A stretch of DNA of 64,000 bases from Eledone cirrhosa (lineage: Eukaryota): assembly GCA_964016885.1 (NCBI GenBank), contig OZ024741.1, forward strand, positions 112,096,001 to 112,160,000, given 5' to 3'. Below are positions 1 to 14,705 of the stretch, piece after piece. Numbering within the stretch: the stretch's first letter is position 1; the number at the start of each line of letters is the position of its first letter. The notes under the pieces are model-generated. The model was given only the letters and a program-made list of their open reading frames with translations, was not told the DNA's origin and did no database searches. The translations under genes and the position numbers were made by a program.

Positions 1-84
1 GTCTTTCTATTGGTGTTGTTGTTGGTGGTTTTGCCGGTGCTGGTATCGGCAGCAGTGGAGCCTTTCGATCCCTTGCCTCTTTCA

Positions 85-871
85 GCAGTTGAGGGCAGAA
101 GGCTCGCAAATGGGTTTTTTCCCCACAAACAAAATACTGCGGCCTTTTGCCTTCGGTCATAATGTGAATGACCGTCCCATTCTGAAGGCGGATGTGGTCC
201 GGGATTGTCTTCACATTCTCGGGCCTGATCTGGAGAAGGATCTCCAGGTCAACCCCAGACCAGTCCTCTCTGGCCGTTCTGGTCACTTCTATAGGGACTG
301 TATCCATCGCCTCCACAATCACACATCCCAGAAGCCACCACATGTCAAGTCCTGGTGGGATTCTGGGAATGCGGAGACGGGCTGTTCTTTTTCCCATGTG
401 GGAGGGGTACATTATGACCTTGCTGGTTTTGCAAGGAGTCATAGCGTGTTTCATAGCGAGGGCTTCTGACTTGAACAACACCTAAATGGTGCCGTACTGT
501 CTGCCCCTCTCTATATACTGGGTATCTTCGTAATGCACCGTTTTGCGTTCCACTGCCTCAATAGCTTCTACCGGGACAGTTAAGTTGGCCCAGGTTTGCT
601 CTTGCTTGATGAGCTTCCATGCCTGGGCCAACTTTTCATCTTTATTTGAGAGGTCCATGATGAAGCATGGCCTCTTTTTTGCTGCTGCCGCAGCGAAAGT
701 GTTCTTCATGTTTTCGTTGGGGGTTTTGTTGTCGTTATCGTTGTTCTTGTTGGTGTTGTTGTTATCATTGTTCTTGTTGGTGTCGCTGTTATCATTGTTG
801 TCTTTGTTGCCACCGTTGTTCTCGGTGCAGTTGTTATTGTTGCTGTTGGTATTGTCGCTATTTGTTTTCAT
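85..871 (-). pseudogene. Decayed ORF1 (gag-like) of an L1/Tx1-type LINE
   Basis: Reading the minus strand past the stop at 482 gives an RRM-like segment (RGRQYGTI*VLFKSEALAMKHA). Near 160-90 it reads EGKRPQYFVCGEKTHLRAFCP, a gag-type CX2CX4HX4C knuckle with the first Cys changed to Tyr. The N-terminus is Asn-rich. Confidence 0.6.
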
Positions 872-1096
872 GTTAGTGGTGTTGATATTGTTGTTGTATT
901 TGTTATTTTTTTTTTGTTATCTGTATTTTGGTTGTCGCTGTTACTGTCATTTTTTTCAAAATTAGTGTTCTTATTGGTATCTTATTGGCACCCGACACTG
1001 ACTTCTACTATAGGCACAAGGACAGAAATTAGCAGAGTGTGGGGGGGGGGGTCGATTAAATATGACCCTAGTGCATTATTGAGCCATCCCAATTAA

Positions 1097-2560
1097 CAGA
1101 AAGATGTTTCAAGGGGACTCCCTCCACCACTCTTCTTTTAGCATTCAAACCAGTATCTGAGATATACATGACTGAACTTGGTAATAAATGGTACGGCAAG
1201 GATATTAACCTTCTCCTTTATATGGACGATTTAAGGCTGTACTCTGTAGACGAGAGATAACTTGAAACATTGCTGCAGACAGTAGATGAATTCACAAAAG
1301 AAATAGGTATGGAATTTGAAAGATTAGATAGGAACACTATAGATGGATTAGATTACTACATAAAACAGAACTAAAAGGAAAGAATAAAATCATCGGTCCC
1401 AGTAATAAACTACCGTTTTAAAATTCGGAACTGGACTCTGCAAAAACTAGCAAAGCTAGAAAAGCAAGAAAAATAATGACTGCATTTAGAATACACCAAC
1501 CCCAAATCAGATGTAGAAATATTATACCCAACACGAACACAGGGAGAATATGGCCTTATACAAGAAAAAAACTATGATAACATAATAAATGAAGAATAAT
1601 TGAGAGCTAAAAGAAATAGCCTCGAAACATGAACAAAAAAAAAGAAATGTTTTCTGTCTTCAAGGAAGCAAATAAATCCAAAGCAGAAACTGAATTGACG
1701 GATAATTATGAGGGAAATGAAAATAGAAGAATCAGCAATAGAAACTGCATAAAAGATAACGTCCACATTGAAAATAGATTTCGAGAATGCTCTGTTAAAA
1801 TGATGACAAGAAAAAAGAAAAACCTACATGGCTAATTCTGAATAAGGAGGAAGTGGAGTAACAAAATTCACAAAAGCGGTTAAGAAACACTGAAATTAAA
1901 AGCCGAAAGGATGTCTAATTGTTGTACAAGAACAATGACTCCCCACCAGAAACTACCAAAATACATAATAAGATAGAACACAGTAACCGCAGAATATGTA
2001 GAGATGAGAAAGAGAAAATCAACCACATTATCTCTGGCTGCCCAGTCTTAGCAAAAAAAGAACATATCCACAGACATGTCAGAATTGAGATTTCCATACA
2101 CTGGAAATTATACCAACACAACGAATTTCCATCAGAATTAAGGTGGTACAAACATATAACCAGAAAAATGTGTCAGATAGTAACAAATCAACCATTGGCT
2201 GGGATAAGCCAATTCACACCGACAGCTAGATCAAAACCAACCGCCCTGATATTGTAGTTAATGCCCACAAAGAAAAATCATGTCTTCTAATCGATGTATC
2301 TATCTCCTGAGACGACAAATGAAGAAATTATCCAAATATAAAGATCTGGAGTTAGACATATCCTGAATGCTGATGATGAAAAACAGAAACAATTCTCTTT
2401 AAAATAGGTGCTCTGGGAATGCTACAAAATATAAGCACAAGACACAGAGACAGATACATAACAAAAACCCCAGGACGTATGAATACAGCATACAGAAAAT
2501 GGCACTATTAGGTACTGCATATACTGAAATCTTGCAGAGCTGTGCTTGGTAAGGCACTGA
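1097..2560 (+). mobile_element. 5'-truncated, decayed R4/Dong-like non-LTR retrotransposon (RT + restriction-like endonuclease)
   Basis: Frame-broken motifs: FQGDSL (~1108), LLYMDDLRLY (~1212-1241), RRICRDEKEKINHIISGC..RH knuckle (ORF 1919-2257), NRPDIVV...CLLIDVSI (~2239-2305). Confidence 0.8.
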
Positions 2561-2589
2561 CGACACGCACTAAATTATGACTATTAAGA

Positions 2590-3290
2590 TTAAATCGACC
2601 CCAGTGCATTACTGGTACTTTATTTTATCGACCCTTTAAGGATGAAAGACAAAATTAACCTCGGCGGATTTGAACCCAGAACGAAAAGAGACATAACTAT
2701 GCCGCGAAGCATGGTGTCCGACGCTCTACCGATACTGCCAACCCACCGACTTATAATAAGTGTTTCTACTTTTTGGCACAAGGCCAGCAATTACCCAGTA
2801 CATTACTGGTACTTTATTTTATCGACCCCGTAAGGATGAAAGGCAAAGTTAACTTCGGCGGGATTTGAACTCAGACCGTAAAGGGACGTAACTATTATAA
2901 TAATTGTTTCTTCTTTTGGCACAAGGCCAGCAATTATCCCAGTGTATTACTGGTACTTTATTTTATCGACCCCGTAAGGATGAAAGGCAAAGTTAACCTT
3001 GGCGGGATTTGAACTCAGATCATAAAGGGCCGTAACTCTTTGCTGTAAAGCATGGCGTCCGACCCTCTACCGATACTGCTGGTTTCTTATATAGGCACAA
3101 GCCCAGCAATTTTGGGGGAGGGGAAATTGATTAAATCGACCTCAGTGCTTGACTAGTAAATTATTTTACCGACCCCGTAATGATGAAAGGCAAAGTTAAC
3201 CTCGGCGGTATTTGAACTAAGAACGTAAATGGCCATAACTCTATGCTATGAAGTATTTTGTCCGACACTACCGTTTCTGCCAATCCAAAA
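2590..3290 (-). mobile_element. Cluster of four head-to-tail tRNA-derived SINE copies
   Basis: Repeated core actggtactttattttatcgaccccgtaaggatgaaaggcaaagttaacctcggcgggatttgaactcag. On the minus strand there is an A box (TGGCAGTATCGG) and a B box (GAGTTCAAATCC). Confidence 0.85.
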
Positions 3291-3334
3291 ATAATAATAG
3301 TAATTATATTACTGATAATTTAATTACTGATAAT

Positions 3335-3740
3335 GATTTCTTTTATTGACCACAAACAAGGACCTAATACATTGGGGACAATACAAAGACAAAATCAATA
3401 CAGAGTGGGAGTTTACGTCAAGTAAAGGAAAGGGAACATCACTAGAGCAAATATAGTAGACAACAATAATAGTTATAGTAATAAATATCCATGATAAAAA
3501 TAGAACACATGACCAAATGAAAACTAGTAACAGCTTCCCAATAAAAAAATGGAGGGGGGGGGGGGGGGGCTACGGTTTAGGGGAATTCTCCGGAGAACTC
3601 CTCCAAATAACCCGGATTACTGTGTCGTCTCATGGGCTTTAAAGGTTCTATTAACCTGCTTAAGAAAAAGCATAGTCAGAGTAGATACATACAACCGGCC
3701 ACGTTAATAATCTCGTTGATCTCACCCATCTTTCATAAAT
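3335..3740 (-). mobile_element. Probable 3' end of a LINE (L1/Tx1-like)
   Basis: The minus strand ends a frame with ERWVRSTRLL..., followed by a 3'UTR, AATAAA at ~3347 and an (ATT)-rich tail. Confidence 0.4.
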
Positions 3741-3763
3741 TATGATGAAGACGATAATGATGA

Positions 3764-3801
<38 letters not shown>

Positions 3802-4679
3802 ATGATTGTGATAGTCATGCTAATGATGATGATGATGATGATAGTGATGGTGGTGATAATGATGATGATGCGGATGGCGGTGATGGTGATGATGACGGTG
3901 ATAGTATAACAGTCAGGAATAGAAGTGATGCTGACGACGACGATAACGATGATGATGATGATGGTGGTGGTGGTGGTGATGGTGGCAGTGGTGGTGATGG
4001 TGGTGATGGTGGTGGTGGTGATGATGGTGATGATGATGATGGTGATGGTGGTGGTGGTGGGTATGATGATGATGATGGTGGCAGTGGTGGTGATGGTGGT
4101 GATGGTGGTGGTGGTGATGATGGTGGTGGTGGTGATGGTGGTGGTTATGGTGATGATGATGGGGATCGTGGTAGTGGTGATGGTGGTGGTGGTGGTGGTT
4201 ATGGTGATGATGATGGTGATCGTGGTGGTGGTGGTGGTGATGGTGGTGGTGGTGGTGGTGGTGGTGGTGGTGGTGGTGGTGATGATGGGGGTGATGATGG
4301 GGGTGATGATGATGATGGTGGTGGTGGTGGTGGCAGTGGTGGTGATGATGGTGGTGATGATGATGGTGGTGGTGGTGGTGGTCGTAGTGATGATGATGGT
4401 GGTGGTGGTGGTGGTCGTGGTGATAATGATGGTGGTGGTGATGATGATGATGATGACGATGATGATGGTGATGATGATGATGGTGATGATGATGAGAGCG
4501 ATGATGATGATGACGATGATGATGATGGTGATGACGATGATGATGATGGTGATGATATATAAAGGAGCTGCCACAATTATCATAGCATTTCTTGACATGA
4601 TGACGATGATGATGATGGTGGTGATGGTGATGTTGGTTGTGATGATGATGACGACGACGACGACGACGACGACAGCGAC

Positions 4680-4735
<56 letters not shown>

Positions 4736-4795
4736 CGACGACGACAGCGACGACGATGATGATGATGATGATGATAGCTATGATGATGGTGACGC
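3741..4795. repeat. (GAT)n/(GGT)n compound trinucleotide tract
   Basis: Directly visible; it accounts for ORFs 3660-4862, 3925-4893 and 4199-4576. Confidence 0.95.
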
Positions 4796-4967
4796 TATAT
4801 AAAGGAGCTGCCACAACTATCATAGCATGTCTATTCTGTTCGTCCTTATATTGTCCTAACAAGGGGAACCCTAACGTTGTCTCAATCTCTTAAACTACAA
4901 CAAACGAATAATTTATAGAAATGTTTATAAAAATAACACAAAAGAAATTATAAGACTGCAGACTTGG

Positions 4968-7900
4968 TAACACACAACATAGACACACTGACAGGTATAC
5001 AGACACATAGACACACATAGACACACACACTGACAGGTATACAGACACATAGACACACATAGACACACACACTGACAGGTATACAGACACATAGACACAC
5101 ATAGACACACACACTGACAGGTATACAGACACATAGACACACACACTGACAGGTATACAGACACATAGACACACATAGACACACACACTGACAGGTATAC
5201 AGACACATAGATACACATAGACACACACACTGACAGGTATACAGACACATAGACACACATAGACACACACACTGACAGGTATACAGACACATAGACACAC
5301 ACACTGACAGGTATACAGACACATAGACACACATAGACACACACACTGACAGGTATACAGACACATAGATACACATAGACACACACACTGACAGGTATAC
5401 AGACACATAGACACACATAGACACACACACTGACAGGTATACAGACACATAGACACACACATAGACACACACACTGACAGGTATACAGACACATAGACAC
5501 ACACATAGACACACACAACATAGACACACTGACAGGTATACATACACATAGTTACACATAGACACACACAACATAGACACACTGACAGGTATACATACAC
5601 ATAGATACACATAAACACACACAACATAGACACACACACTGACAGGTATACAGGCACATAGACACACACATAGACACACACACTGACAGGTATACAGACA
5701 CATAGATACACACATAGACACACACAACATAGACACACTAACAGGTATACAGACACATAGTTACACACATAGACACACACAACATAGACACACACACTGA
5801 CAGGTATACAGACACATAGATACACACATAGACACACACAACATAGACACACTAACAGGTATACAGACACATAGTTACACACATAGACACACACAACATA
5901 GACACACACACTGACAGGTATACAGGCACATAGACACACACATAGACACACACAACATAGACACACACACTGACAGGTATACAGACACATAGTTACACAC
6001 ATAGACACACACAACATAGACACACTGACAGGTCTACAGACACATAGTTACACATAGACACACACAACATGGACACACACACTGACAGGTATACAGACAC
6101 ATAGACACACACATAGACACACACACTGACAGGTATACAGACACATAGACACACACATAGACACACACACTGACAGGTATACAGACACATAGATACACAC
6201 ATAGACACACTAACAGGTATACAGACACATAGTTACACACATAGACACACACAACATAGACACACTGACAGGTATACAGACACATAGTTACACATAGACA
6301 CACACAACATGGACACACACACTGACAGGTATACAGACACATAGATACACACATAGACACACACAACATAGACACACTGACAGGTATACAGACACATAGA
6401 CACACACATAGACACACACAACATAGACACACTGACAGGTATACAGACACATAGTTACACATAGACACACACAACATAGACACACACACTGACAGGTATA
6501 CAGACACATAGATACACACATAGACACACACAACATAGACACACTGACAGGTATACAGACACATAGACACACACATAGACACACACAACATAGACACACA
6601 CACTGACAGGTATACAGACACATAGTTACACACATAGACACACACAACATAGACACACTGACAGGTCTACAGACACATAGTTACACATAGACACACACAA
6701 CATGGACACACACACTGACAGGTATACAGACACATAGACACACACATAGACACACACACTGACAGGTATACAGACACATAGACACACACATAGACACACA
6801 CACTGACAGGTATACAGACACATAGATACACACATAGACACACTAACAGGTATACAGACACATAGTTACACACATAGACACACACAACATAGACACACTG
6901 ACAGGTATACAGACACATAGTTACACATAGACACACACAACATGGACACACACACTGACAGGTATACAGACACATAGACACACACATAGACACACACACT
7001 GACAGGTATACAGACACATAGACACACACATAGACACACACACTGACAGGTATACAGACACATAGATACACACATAGACACACACAACATAGACACACTG
7101 ACAGGTATACAGACACATAGTTACACACATAGACACACACAACATAGACACACACACTGACAGGTATACAGACACATAGTTACACACATAGACACACACA
7201 ACATAGACACATACACTGACAGGTATACAGACACATAGACACACACATAGACACACACACTGACAGGTATACAGACACATAGACACACACATAGACACAC
7301 ACACTGACAGGTATACAGACACATAGATACACACATAGACACACACAACATAGACACACTGACAGGTATACAGACACATAGTTACACATAGACACACACA
7401 ACATAGACACACACACTGACAGGTATACAGACACATAGATACACACATAGACACACACAACATAGACACACTGACAGGTATACAGACACATAGTTACACA
7501 TAGACACACACAACATAGACACACACACTGACAGGTATACAGACACATAGTTACACATAGACACACACAACATAGACACACTGACAGGTATACAGACACA
7601 TAGTTACACATAGACACACACAACATAGACACACACACTGACAGGTATACAGACACATAGACACACACATAGACACACACACTGACAGGTATACAGACAC
7701 ATAGACACACACATAGACACACACACTGACAGGTATACAGACACATAGATACACATAGACACACACAACATAGACACATACACTGACAGGTATACAGACA
7801 CATAGATACACACATAGACACACACAACATAGACACACTGACAGGTATACAGACACATAGTTACACATAGACACACACAACATAGACACACACACTGACA

Positions 7901-9095
7901 GGTATACAGACACATAGATACACACATAGACACACACAACATAGACACACTGACAGGTATACAGACACATAGATACACACATAGACACACACAACATAGA
8001 CACACTAACAGGTATACAGACACATAGTTACACACATAGACACACACAACATAGACACACTAACAGGTATACAGACACATAGATACACACATAGACACAC
8101 ACAACATAGACACACTGACAGGTATACAGACACATAGTTACACACATAGACACACACAACATAGACACACTGACAGGTATACAGACACATAGATACACAC
8201 ATAGACACACACAACATAGACACACTGACAGGTATACAGACACATAGTTACACATAGACACACACAACATAGACACACTAACAGGTATACAGACACATAG
8301 TTACACACATAGACACACACAACATAGACACACTGACAGGTATACAGACACATAGTTACACACATAGACACACACAACATAGACACACACACTGACAGGT
8401 ATACAGACACATAGATACACACATAGACACACACAACATAGACACACTGACAGGTATACAGACACATAGATACACACATAGACACACACAACATAGACAC
8501 ACTGACAGGTATACAGACACATAGTTACACATAGACACACACAACATAGACACATACACTGACAGGTATACATACACATAGATACACACATAGACACATA
8601 CACTGACAGGTATACAGACACATACACACATAGACACACACAACATAGACACATACACTGACAGGTATACATACACACATAGAGACACACATAGACACAC
8701 ACACTGACAGGTATACATACACACATAGAGACACAACATAGATACACACAGTGACAGGTATACAGACACATAGATACACACATAGACACACACATAGAGA
8801 CATACATAGACACATATATAGACAGTCATACAGACACTTAGATACATACATAGACACACACGTAGATACACACATAGACACACACAGACACATACACTGA
8901 CAGGTATACAGACACACACACAGGCATAGATACACACATAGGCACACACACACATACACACTGTTGCACATAGGCATAGTTACACACATAGATATATACA
9001 CACATACAGACACACACATACATAGATACACACATTGACACACATATACATAGATAAACACATAGACACACACAGACACGCATATACATAGATAC

Positions 9096-9126
<31 letters not shown>

Positions 9127-9833
9127 GAGACACATATACATATATGCACACATAGACATACACATAGACACACATATACATAGATACACACATAGACACA
9201 CACATATACACATATATATATAGATGCACACATAGACACATATATACATAGATATACACATAGACATACACACATACACACATATACATAGATACACACA
9301 TAGACAGAGACATAGGCACAGACACATAGACACACACAGATACACAGATAGACATAGATATACACCCCGACACACACATGAACACACACATACACACACA
9401 TACATACAGATACATACAGTCACACAAACACACATAGACATACGCAGACACAGAGACACACATAAACACATATAAGTCCAGACACACAGACACACAGACA
9501 CATAAAAACCGCTGAAAACCACAAATGCAGACAGACACACAGACACACCGACACACATAGGCACACAGACACATGGACACACACAGAAACATACATAGAC
9601 ACACAGACACATGGACGCACAGATATATATATATCCACATATGTGCACAGACACACATATACCCACAGACACGGAAACATACATGGACACACAGACATGC
9701 AGATAAATAGACACACACACACACACAGACACACACAAATAGATACACAGACACACACATAGACACAGATACACACACACGCACACACACATATAAACAC
9801 AGACACAAACACAGGCACATACTCATCAACACC

Positions 9834-9900
<67 letters not shown>
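4968..9900. repeat. Modular minisatellite (core ctgacaggtatacagacacatag + variable AC/ATAG linkers) decaying into (CA)n
   Basis: Dozens of core copies at 4968-8920 with variable linker modules; degenerate beyond ~8950; pure (CA)n at ~9838-9900. Confidence 0.95.
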
Positions 9901-9903
<3 letters not shown>

Positions 9904-10249
9904 CGCATAGACACACAAACATACGCCTGAAAAACACACCCGAATAAAAAATACGCATATATAGAAGAATACAGAAACACATACAGACATAAATACAGAT
10001 GCAGACACACAATAAATTATATAAAATGCAATGAAAAAGTAACAAATATTTGAATGTTTGTTTCTGTGAAGTGTGTTTAACATTGAGTATGAGCCTATTA
10101 TTTATACATCTATCCGCCAATATATTTACACAGTTGCTACAAAAAAGGAAGCATGTGTATATGTATGTAGGCGTGCATGTAGTGGCCAAAGTTAATAGTA
10201 CGAAACAGCTAATGAAACGGTGGTATGCCGCCCCTGTAGCCCGCCTCAC

Positions 10250-11480
10250 TGACTTGCAGAACCCCATTCTTATGCAGCCTCATGGTTCCAGGGGACAGAG
10301 TTGAAAGGGCGTTATTCCACAAAATTGCAACGGTGATCTACTGAATGAGTCAATTCAACACGCGGGGCTCATTCCTGTGGGTGATTAACTCCGTCCCGAT
10401 AGCAACGAGTAGGGAATTAGTTCAGGGACTCAGGAGGCTAAAAGTTTCTAGCGCTCCGATAGCAACGAGTAGGGAATTAGTTCAGGGACTCAGGAGGCTA
10501 AAAGTTTCTAGCGCTCCGATAGCAACGAGTAGGGAATTAGTTCAGGGACTCAGGAGGCTAAAAGTTTCTAGCGCTCCGATAGCAACGAGTAGGGAATTAG
10601 TTCGGGGACTCAGGAGGCTAAAAGTTTCTAGCGCTCCGATAGCAACGAGTAGGGAATTAGTTCAGGGACTCAGGAGGCTAAAAGTTTCTAGCGCTCCGAT
10701 AGCAACGAGTAGGGAATTAGTTCAGGGACTCAGGAGGCTAAAAGTTTCTAGCGCTCCGACAGCAACGAGTAGGGAATTAGTTCGGGGACTCAGGAGGCTA
10801 AAAGTTTCTAGCGCTCCGATAGCAACGAGTAGGGAATTAGTTCGGGGACTCAGGAGGCTAAAAGTTTCTAGCGCTCCGACAGCAACGAGTAGGGAATTAG
10901 TTCAGGGACTCAGGAGGCTAAAAGTTTCTAGCGCTCCGACAGCAACGAGTAGGGAATTAGTTCGGGGACTCAGGAGGCTAAAAGTTTCTAGCGCTCCGAC
11001 AGCAACGAGTAGGGAATTAGTTCAGGGACTCAGGAGGCTAAAAGTTTCTAGCGCTCCGACAGCAACGAGTAGGGAATTAGTTCGGGGACTCAGGAAGCTA
11101 AAAGTTTCTAGTGCTATAATTTTAACGATAAATCTATCAGAAAGTCATTGTTACTTAAACAGCTTGCGATCTTCAATTATCGGACAAAACCTGGATCTGT
11201 CACTGAATTCGCCAGATTGCTGTTTGAGGTGTTGCCGCATGTCACGATAGAGACAAGGGGTTTACTACTGTAGAAAGGGAATATTTTGATGCCATATAGT
11301 CTTTTGCCGTCAAATTCAGTATAATTCCACTGGTTCGAGCTGCGATGGGAAGTCAGCAGCGTCTAAGACACGCTTAATAATCTCGCGAGGAGTGGCATGC
11401 CGGCCGAGGCGAGATGCATTTAGGCACCACAACAGCCGATGAAGGTAAAAAATGTCTGCCATGGATCTACAACGGAATAT
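10250..11480 (-). mobile_element. Decayed 3' end of a CRE-clade non-LTR retrotransposon (restriction-like endonuclease domain)
   Basis: Minus-strand translation gives RHATPREIIKRVLDAADFPSQLEPVEL / DGKRLYGIKIFPF..KPLVSIVTCGNT / EDRKLFK..LSDRFIVKIIALETFSFLSPRTNSLLVAVG / IGTELITHRNEPRVLN*LIQ*ITVAILWNNA. This matches the CRE pattern RH..IIKR...LEP.GL..DGKRPDG...WD.TC...K..KY...A.ET.G...QRIS.AI.RGNA. Confidence 0.75.
10396..11115. repeat. Minisatellite, 12 x 60 bp
   Basis: Unit ccgatagcaacgagtagggaattagttcagggactcaggaggctaaaagtttctagcgct. Two recurrent variable sites (gat/gac, ttca/ttcg) and no spacers. Confidence 0.98.
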
Positions 11481-11802
11481 GTGTTGCTAGCCGATCTGGA
11501 GTTCGAGTCACGGGGAAACACCACCAACGACAGCGAATAGAAAAAGAAATATTTACACACACATAAAATAGTCACAAATATGAAACGCACATACATACAC
11601 ATACACACATATATATAGTGATTTGTACATACGATAATTTATTTGTAGTCTATAGTTTCATGAGCTAAAGAAATTGCAGGACTGCAAGCTATGGATGTTT
11701 GTCGTATCTTCAAGGAATTGCGCAAAAAAATGTCTGAACAACATTTCGCAAAACGTCTCCTGAGAAAAAAAATGAGAACATGAAAGAATAGAAGTAATAG
11801 AT

Positions 11803-11857
<55 letters not shown>

Positions 11858-12139
11858 TACATACACAAACACGCATAAATTTGTGTAGCTACTCAAATAC
11901 ACATATATAATGTATGCATAGGTTTGTGCATGTGTATGTGTGTGTGTGTGTGTGTGTGTATGTGTGTGTGTGTGTGTGAGTGTGTGTGTATGTGTGTGTG
12001 TGTGTGTATGTGTGTGTGTGTGTGTATAAGGTGTATATAATCATAGCCAGGAATAGTCTCCGATCTCCAATTAAATATATGTATATTCATGCCTCATTCT
12101 GTATAATTTGCAATGTCTGGGGTTGTGTGGTGGATAATG

Positions 12140-12715
12140 CTGTTGTTGGCTTCTTAATTGTTACTATAGTTGTTGTTGTTGTAGTCGTTGTTGTTGTTGT
12201 TGTTGTTGGTCAGCTGATTGTAGTTGTAGTTGTTGTTGGTCAGCTGATTGTAGTTGTAGTTGTAGTAGTTATTGTTGTTGTTGTTGTTGATGGTCAGCTG
12301 ATTGTTGTTGTAGTTGTTGGTCAGCTGATTGTTGTTGTAGTTGTTGTTGTTGTTGTTGTTGGTCAGCTGATTGTAGTTGTAGTTGTTGTTGTAGTAGTTG
12401 TTGTTGTAGTTGTTGTTGGTCAGCTGATTGTTGTTGTAGTTGTTGTTGCGATGGTTGTTTCTGGGTTGGTTGTTGCTGTGGCTGTTGTTTGCATGATTGT
12501 TCTTGTAGTTTCTGTCACTGTAGTTGTTATTGTTATTGTTATTGTTATTGTTGTTGTTATGCTCGTTGATGTGATTGTTCTCAGAGCGATTTTTATTGTT
12601 GTAGCTCTTGTTGGCGTGATCGTTGTTGTTGTTGTGTTGGTATTCGTCGTGGTTGTTGTTATCGGCATGGATGTTGCGGTTGTTGTTTTAGTTATTGTTG
12701 TTGTTGTTGCTGTTA
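12140..12715. repeat. (GTT)n tract punctuated by six ggtcagctgattg units
   Basis: Motif at ~12208, 12238, 12292, 12319, 12361 and 12418. Confidence 0.9.
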
Positions 12716-14349
12716 AACCAATTTTGTGAAGACGTTATCGTGTTACTATGCAGTGTATTGGAGTGATTAAAGATAATCTTTGTAACCCAACCATGTTGTC
12801 TTGTTTGGCATGACAGTTTCGAGATTTTTCTTTCAAATGCATACACAACCACAACTCCCACAGCTAGCCACAGAAGCCTCTCACCACCACCACCACCACC
12901 AGCAATAGCAGTAGCAACTGATAACGATAACAATAGCAATAATAATAATAACAACGTCCAATCAAACCTTTCACCATCTCCCCATTTCTTTCATTGCGAT
13001 TTCCTGGCCTGTCTTCTCCATTAACATTTACAACAATAACAACAACAGAAACGACGACGCCGAGAGCCAATCAAAACCTTTGTTACGTTCTCTTTCAGCT
13101 TCAGCCGCCCCACTCAGTATAATTTCCATCGTTAATATTCATCAGCTAAACAACAACAGCAGCATTTCAAACATCCCACCACTAACACTTCCATCTAAAT
13201 GATCTCCTTCGTAAAATCCATTGTGACGCAAGAAGAAGAAGAAGAAGAAGAAGGGACGAATATAAATGACCAGCCCCAGATTGAACACACCCGATTTCTT
13301 CCCCGAAAAGATGAGAGGTTATTTTGACGTGGATCATAGAGAGCCAGAACAATTAACGTATGCCACTCTGTCCGAAGTTATAACGGCTGTACCAATTCGA
13401 TCTACACTTTGGACCGACATTACTATTAAGGCCAGTTTAACATCTGCATAGGGCGCACACTTCACACAGATGCATTACTGAAACGATCACAGTTTTATAC
13501 GAAATTGTATAATTATATTGAATATATAATAATTTTCTGCAATCAATAGATAATTCGCCAAACATGTTTGCTACGTAGCAGTGTTCTAGAAATATCCTAG
13601 TGGTGGAAAGGGTCGCATGAAATTATGACCTGTCACGTGACCTGGCGCGGGAAGAGAGAGAAAGAAAGAAAAACAGAAGAGAGAGAGCGAGAAATTACCA
13701 ACTCACAGAAAAAAATGAAGATTATTAGAAGAGCATTGACTGGTCAAATCCTTTTTGTCCATGTCACTATTGGGACCTCCCGTATCCTCGGATCCTGGAT
13801 TGCCATTTTTCTGAGGGCGTCATGTCTCAAGAAGGAGCTTCGCAATGTGGGATAGCTGATATCACTAGCCGTTCTCTACGGCTACACTGCTGAGATATGT
13901 CGTTCTGCTAAAGGTTTATAGTTTTCTTCCACCTACCCACCCACTGAATTTCTCCTACTTTTTACCTTTTTGTCATTATCATATTATAAATATACTGTAG
14001 TTTGTGCAATTAGAAGTAGAGGGATCAGGCCAACATGGACAACATAGAGCAGACAATATTCTAATAACTATAGAATATGTATGGAACTGACAGCAAAACG
14101 GAGTCTTAACAATTAGAGATTACTGATGCGTGGTAGCTTGCTCCGCTGACGAATTGCCGTTTATAGAATCACCAATTCTCTTGTCAATTCTGAATTCTAA
14201 ATATCTTTGAACTAGGGTGATATCTCCAGACAATTTAGCTAGACTTGAGATAACTGTCTCGATCCAATGGGAAGCCTATTGAAGAATAACAACCCAGTTA
14301 CTAATTTCATTTTATTTGTTCCAGCTACCGAGATGTATTAAAGGTTTCT

Positions 14350-14705
14350 AATCTAGGCAAGAGAAGAGTTGATTAAATAGACTCCAATATTTGACTGGTA
14401 CTTTATTTTATCGACCTCAGAGAATGTAAGGCAAATATGATATCAATTTGTTTTAAAATCAGAATGTAAAGAGCCCGAACAAGTTGTATTAACACGTTAC
14501 TCCGAGTCTGAACACAGCCGATTTCTCTCAGAGAGAGAGAGAGAAAGAGAGAGAGAGCTTAGTACTGGACTGGTACTCTTTGTCGACCTCAGAAACACAA
14601 AAAAGCAAAGACTACCTCGGATTTAAAATTAGAACATAAAGAGCGGGAACAAATATCGTAAAGCATTTTGTCCGACGCTCTAACGATTCTGCCAATCCAC
14701 TGCCG
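14350..14705 (-). mobile_element. Two diverged tRNA-SINE copies
   Basis: gactggtactttattttatcgacc cores at ~14393 and ~14568; reverse complement of the A box (gattctgccaatcc) at ~14686. Confidence 0.7.

Noticed and set aside
3660-4893. Poly-Ile/Thr, poly-Met/Val and similar ORFs (also 38268-39104 and the many IYIY/VCVC ORFs)
   Set aside because: They are translations of microsatellites.
4968-8920. Repeat-spacer array or Cys/Val-rich proteins
   Set aside because: Linkers are reshuffled AC modules, not unique spacers; ORFs in all minus-strand frames reflect the scarcity of stops in (TG)-rich DNA.
10396-11115. CRISPR-like array or a 301 aa repeat protein
   Set aside because: Units are contiguous with no unique spacers, there are no cas genes, and the context is eukaryotic. 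The ORF is the antisense frame of an amplified CRE fragment.
13266-13451. 61 aa ORF in unique sequence
   Set aside because: No recognisable domain or splice signals; cannot be supported.
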